From positions 4,500,760-4,564,759 of the forward strand of contig CM082576.2 in assembly GCA_040954595.2 (NCBI GenBank): 64,000 nucleotides of DNA. Direction: 5' to 3'. A program made the translations under genes and the position numbers. Position 1 is the first letter of the stretch; every line of letters starts with the position of its first letter. Origin of the DNA: Balanoglossus misakiensis (taxonomy: Eukaryota > Animalia > Hemichordata). Below, in pieces: positions 60,716 to 64,000 of this stretch. Below the pieces are notes generated by a model. The model made no database searches, was not told the origin of the DNA, and was given only the letters and a program-made list of their open reading frames with translations.

Positions 60716-63700
60716 CTTGCACATTTTTTAACGAGAATGCACAAAATCGACTTGTATTTCTCAACATTTGAACCCAGAGCTATACCAGCAAGAAAGTACA
60801 TACACACAAAAGTACTCAGACGTTGTCTAAGTGTTGCGTGTACTGATAAAACTTTCATCTGCTTGTGACCTCATCTGGGACTGCCGTCCTCGCCAAATTC
60901 ACGTTTGTTTCTGCATAACATAAAAACGAAGGCAATAAAACCACGCAATTACAGGTTGGAAAATCTCTTGCCGCGTCTGGCGCGGCACAGAAAAGTCCTG
61001 AGTGATGTGCGTGCATGTAAGTTCTAAAGTATTAAAGCCAAGCGCATACACACGCTCTCAAAGTGCTTTTCGGGGATCGCTGCAACATTACCGCGGAAAA
61101 CCCGGGAGAGAAATCATTTACTACCTTATCTTGGACGATGTAAAGTTTTAAAGTGGTCCCGGGAGAGCTGCTAGCTTTTCCGCCACTCTCAAACAGAAAA
61201 TGGCTCTAATGTTTAACCATTATCTACCGCCCGACCTTTGCCTGCCTTCGGATTAGAAAGCCATATATCAGTGGGCGGTTTTCATCGTGGCAGATTTCCG
61301 CTTTACTTCCATGTCGAGAGAGAAATTCGGCGGTGATGTAAAAAAAGACCAAGAAACGAAACAGAGGAGTTTTGAGAAAAGTTAATATGGCACAGCGTGA
61401 CACAGTGCGTGGGTATAGCCGGCGCGCCAATTTGCAAATCAAACACAGCGACTGTAACTATAAATCCACCTCATTGTCATCTCATCGAGCATTTCTTGGA
61501 ATTGACAATCGATCGCTCTCTCATCCACACAGACTTTTTTCTAATACGTCTGTATGCGACACCTTTTTTCCTCTGGTGGCCGTGTTAGGTTAAACAACGA
61601 TAAAAGCACTGTGTTATTACAATGTCACTGCGAACAGTAAAACGTTCAGCCATCAACAACAAGGCAAATTCACTCTTTCGACGATGAAAGTAGCTGTCAC
61701 GAGTTGCTGAGTCAACATCACCCTTCTCGGTATGTTGATAAATTGGTCTATTAATTAATTGGTCTATGAATTAGCCTTCAGAGAGGCATAGGCGTCATCT
61801 TGTTTTCTGATTACTAGTATTATTTTTTGATTGTCTGTCGATTTCAAGTACCAATCGGGTACACTCGACTTAATTACAGACATAATATGCCTCCAGTGTC
61901 ATAGAATGGTCTGGTTACAAACAGATATGAACGTACCAGTGTCAAGTTTTCGCTTTGAAACAAGCAAACGCATGCACGTAAACGGGGGAAATTTGTGCGA
62001 TTTAAATATTGTATTGCTTTGCCGTGGAAAAACGTGAAGCTTTCATGTCTATACTGTTAATATCCAAATAATGTCATCTCTGGCGGATATGACGAATTTA
62101 TCCATAGAAAAAAACTTTTATTCCTTAAAGCCATGTAGCTTTTCACAAGGAAACCGCCAGATCCACTCTGTTCACAGTTTTCGTCAAGGGCGTTAGGTGT
62201 TCTGGATTCTGCGTGTTAATGTTAATTCGAAAAAAGTGCGTTCACATTTACCGGATGTTTTGGTTATCTCAATTATGCTCTTGTAAATTTTAGTTCTCTT
62301 TCACCAACATTTACATGTACATGGTAAGCTTAATCCTTATTTTCATTTATAAACAAGAATGGTTGACTTTGATGTATATGACTTGCAATGATGCCGTTTA
62401 CTCTTTCACACTCGTGTTTAAAATATTACTTGTTTCTGTGACGCGAGCTTTACTCTACGTGCTTTGTATAAATTTACCGTAGTATACCTCAATTAAGCGT
62501 GTTCCGAAGGAACATATGTAAATATCAGCCCTGAATTAACCTGGCGATGACGGATACACATGCGCGTGAATTGCATAAAACCCACACAGGGATCTCAATG
62601 AAACGGATTTTCTCAGTTGAAATCGGCATCATTGAAATCACTGTACAGTCATTTCGGTCGCTAATTTTTGGGCAATCATCTCCCGCGGCAATTCCTCGCA
62701 TAATGGACTGTAAAGAGCTGAACGCGTGAACGACAAGTGAAAACCATTGTTCGGCCTGTGGGCGCGCCTCTCGATGCACTTCCCTGTATTTGTGCGCATC
62801 TCCCGGCTGGTGACGTTAAACCCCCAACCTGTGACGTAAGCAACGACCAGTGATGCGTACTTTCTTTACCCTATACACAAATCACATCAGATATCCAACC
62901 AGCATAGAATAGATACACGCGTGCGAGATCGATCTAATATTACCGAAACCGGTGATCTGATCGCATTTTTTACTCTGAGCCGACGCGTTCAATTTGTAGT
63001 CACGCACCACAAAAGACGTTGCTCTACAAATTGCTCGCTGCTGTTGGCGTAATTGTATGCTAATTTCATCTAGGTACACGATAAATACATTTCAACACCG
63101 CGCGCCCTACCCCAGCTCATGTCACCAAGATGGCGGCCTGCACGTAGTAGACGGCTCGCTTGTGTAGGTTGTCATATATCACGCATAATATCGCGCATCA
63201 CTTCACATGATCCGCACATAGACGCCACATAAACTCCAGTGACGTAATACATCTGCTCTTTTCAATTTGTCTAAAACATTGGCCATAAAATAACGAATCG
63301 ACAGAGAAACGCCGTTAATCATTAGTTGACTTTTAAGTTAATGTAAGTTTTCAATTCCCATTCTTGAAAAAAATGGTACTAGAATTTCCCTGTAGTAAGC
63401 CCTGGCTCATCAACTCGCATTTCTGCGTCACCACTTCTGCGAACAGAATATTTGATTCAACTTAACACTTCTCCTGTGATACTCCTCGAAGGCGCCGACT
63501 TAAATGCCCGTGTGCATGCCACAACTTCAATTTAATTTGTCGAACTTAGATATCGTCCATGTTTTTAGATGTCCTTGGCATTCAAAAGTAATGTTCACAT
63601 TTTACAGACGACTCAAAATAGTGTGGATGTAGGTCGGAACACACACAGACATGCCTAATTTGATCTACAAGCAGAAAAAAAATGGTTCGTTAACTTCATT

Positions 63701-64000
63701 TTTCTACAAAAGTCAATGGCATGTAAATAGCATAGTAAATTTAGAATAATCAAATTCAGTTTTGAGAATACATTTTTCACATATTGGCGTCGAAATATCA
63801 GCGTGTTATCAAATGTGATATTAATCGAATGTGGGTCAGGCTGATTTTTAAAAAAAATCGCTATCTCTAGCTTTGTCGACAGCTTATGTTAGCTGCCCAG
63901 AGACGTTACGGGGCTTTTTAAAATTTATATCGTCCACTTTCCGAAGTAATAATATAAGTATACATAAAATATTACTGTCTTGTGCCCTCAAGTGTCAATT

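Overview
Eukaryotic (invertebrate animal) genomic DNA, roughly 40% GC and intron-rich; a marine deuterostome such as a hemichordate is only a guess. I assembled six complete protein-coding genes by hand from splice sites: DEGS1-like sphingolipid desaturase (+, 3 exons); an RBM4/lark-like RRM + CCHC protein (-, 6 coding exons), head-to-head with UTP25/DIEXF (+, 19 exons); TMEM62 (-, 14 coding exons); a ~2,750-aa polycystin-1-family gene (+, ~35 exons); and a muscarinic-type GPCR with an intronless CDS (+). The most unusual object is the polycystin. Its ectodomain is signal peptide-3xLDLa-Frizzled CRD-3xCUB ahead of a truncated REJ, GPS, PLAT and 11 TM segments, and an extra last exon adds a basic tail with a retrotransposon-like CCHC motif. 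Other notable items are an AT-AA U12-type intron in UTP25, two GC-AG introns, candidate NMD-switch splicing in the RBM4-like 3'UTR, two Crypton-like transposon remnants and several hairpins. No searches were run; all homology calls come from motif recognition.
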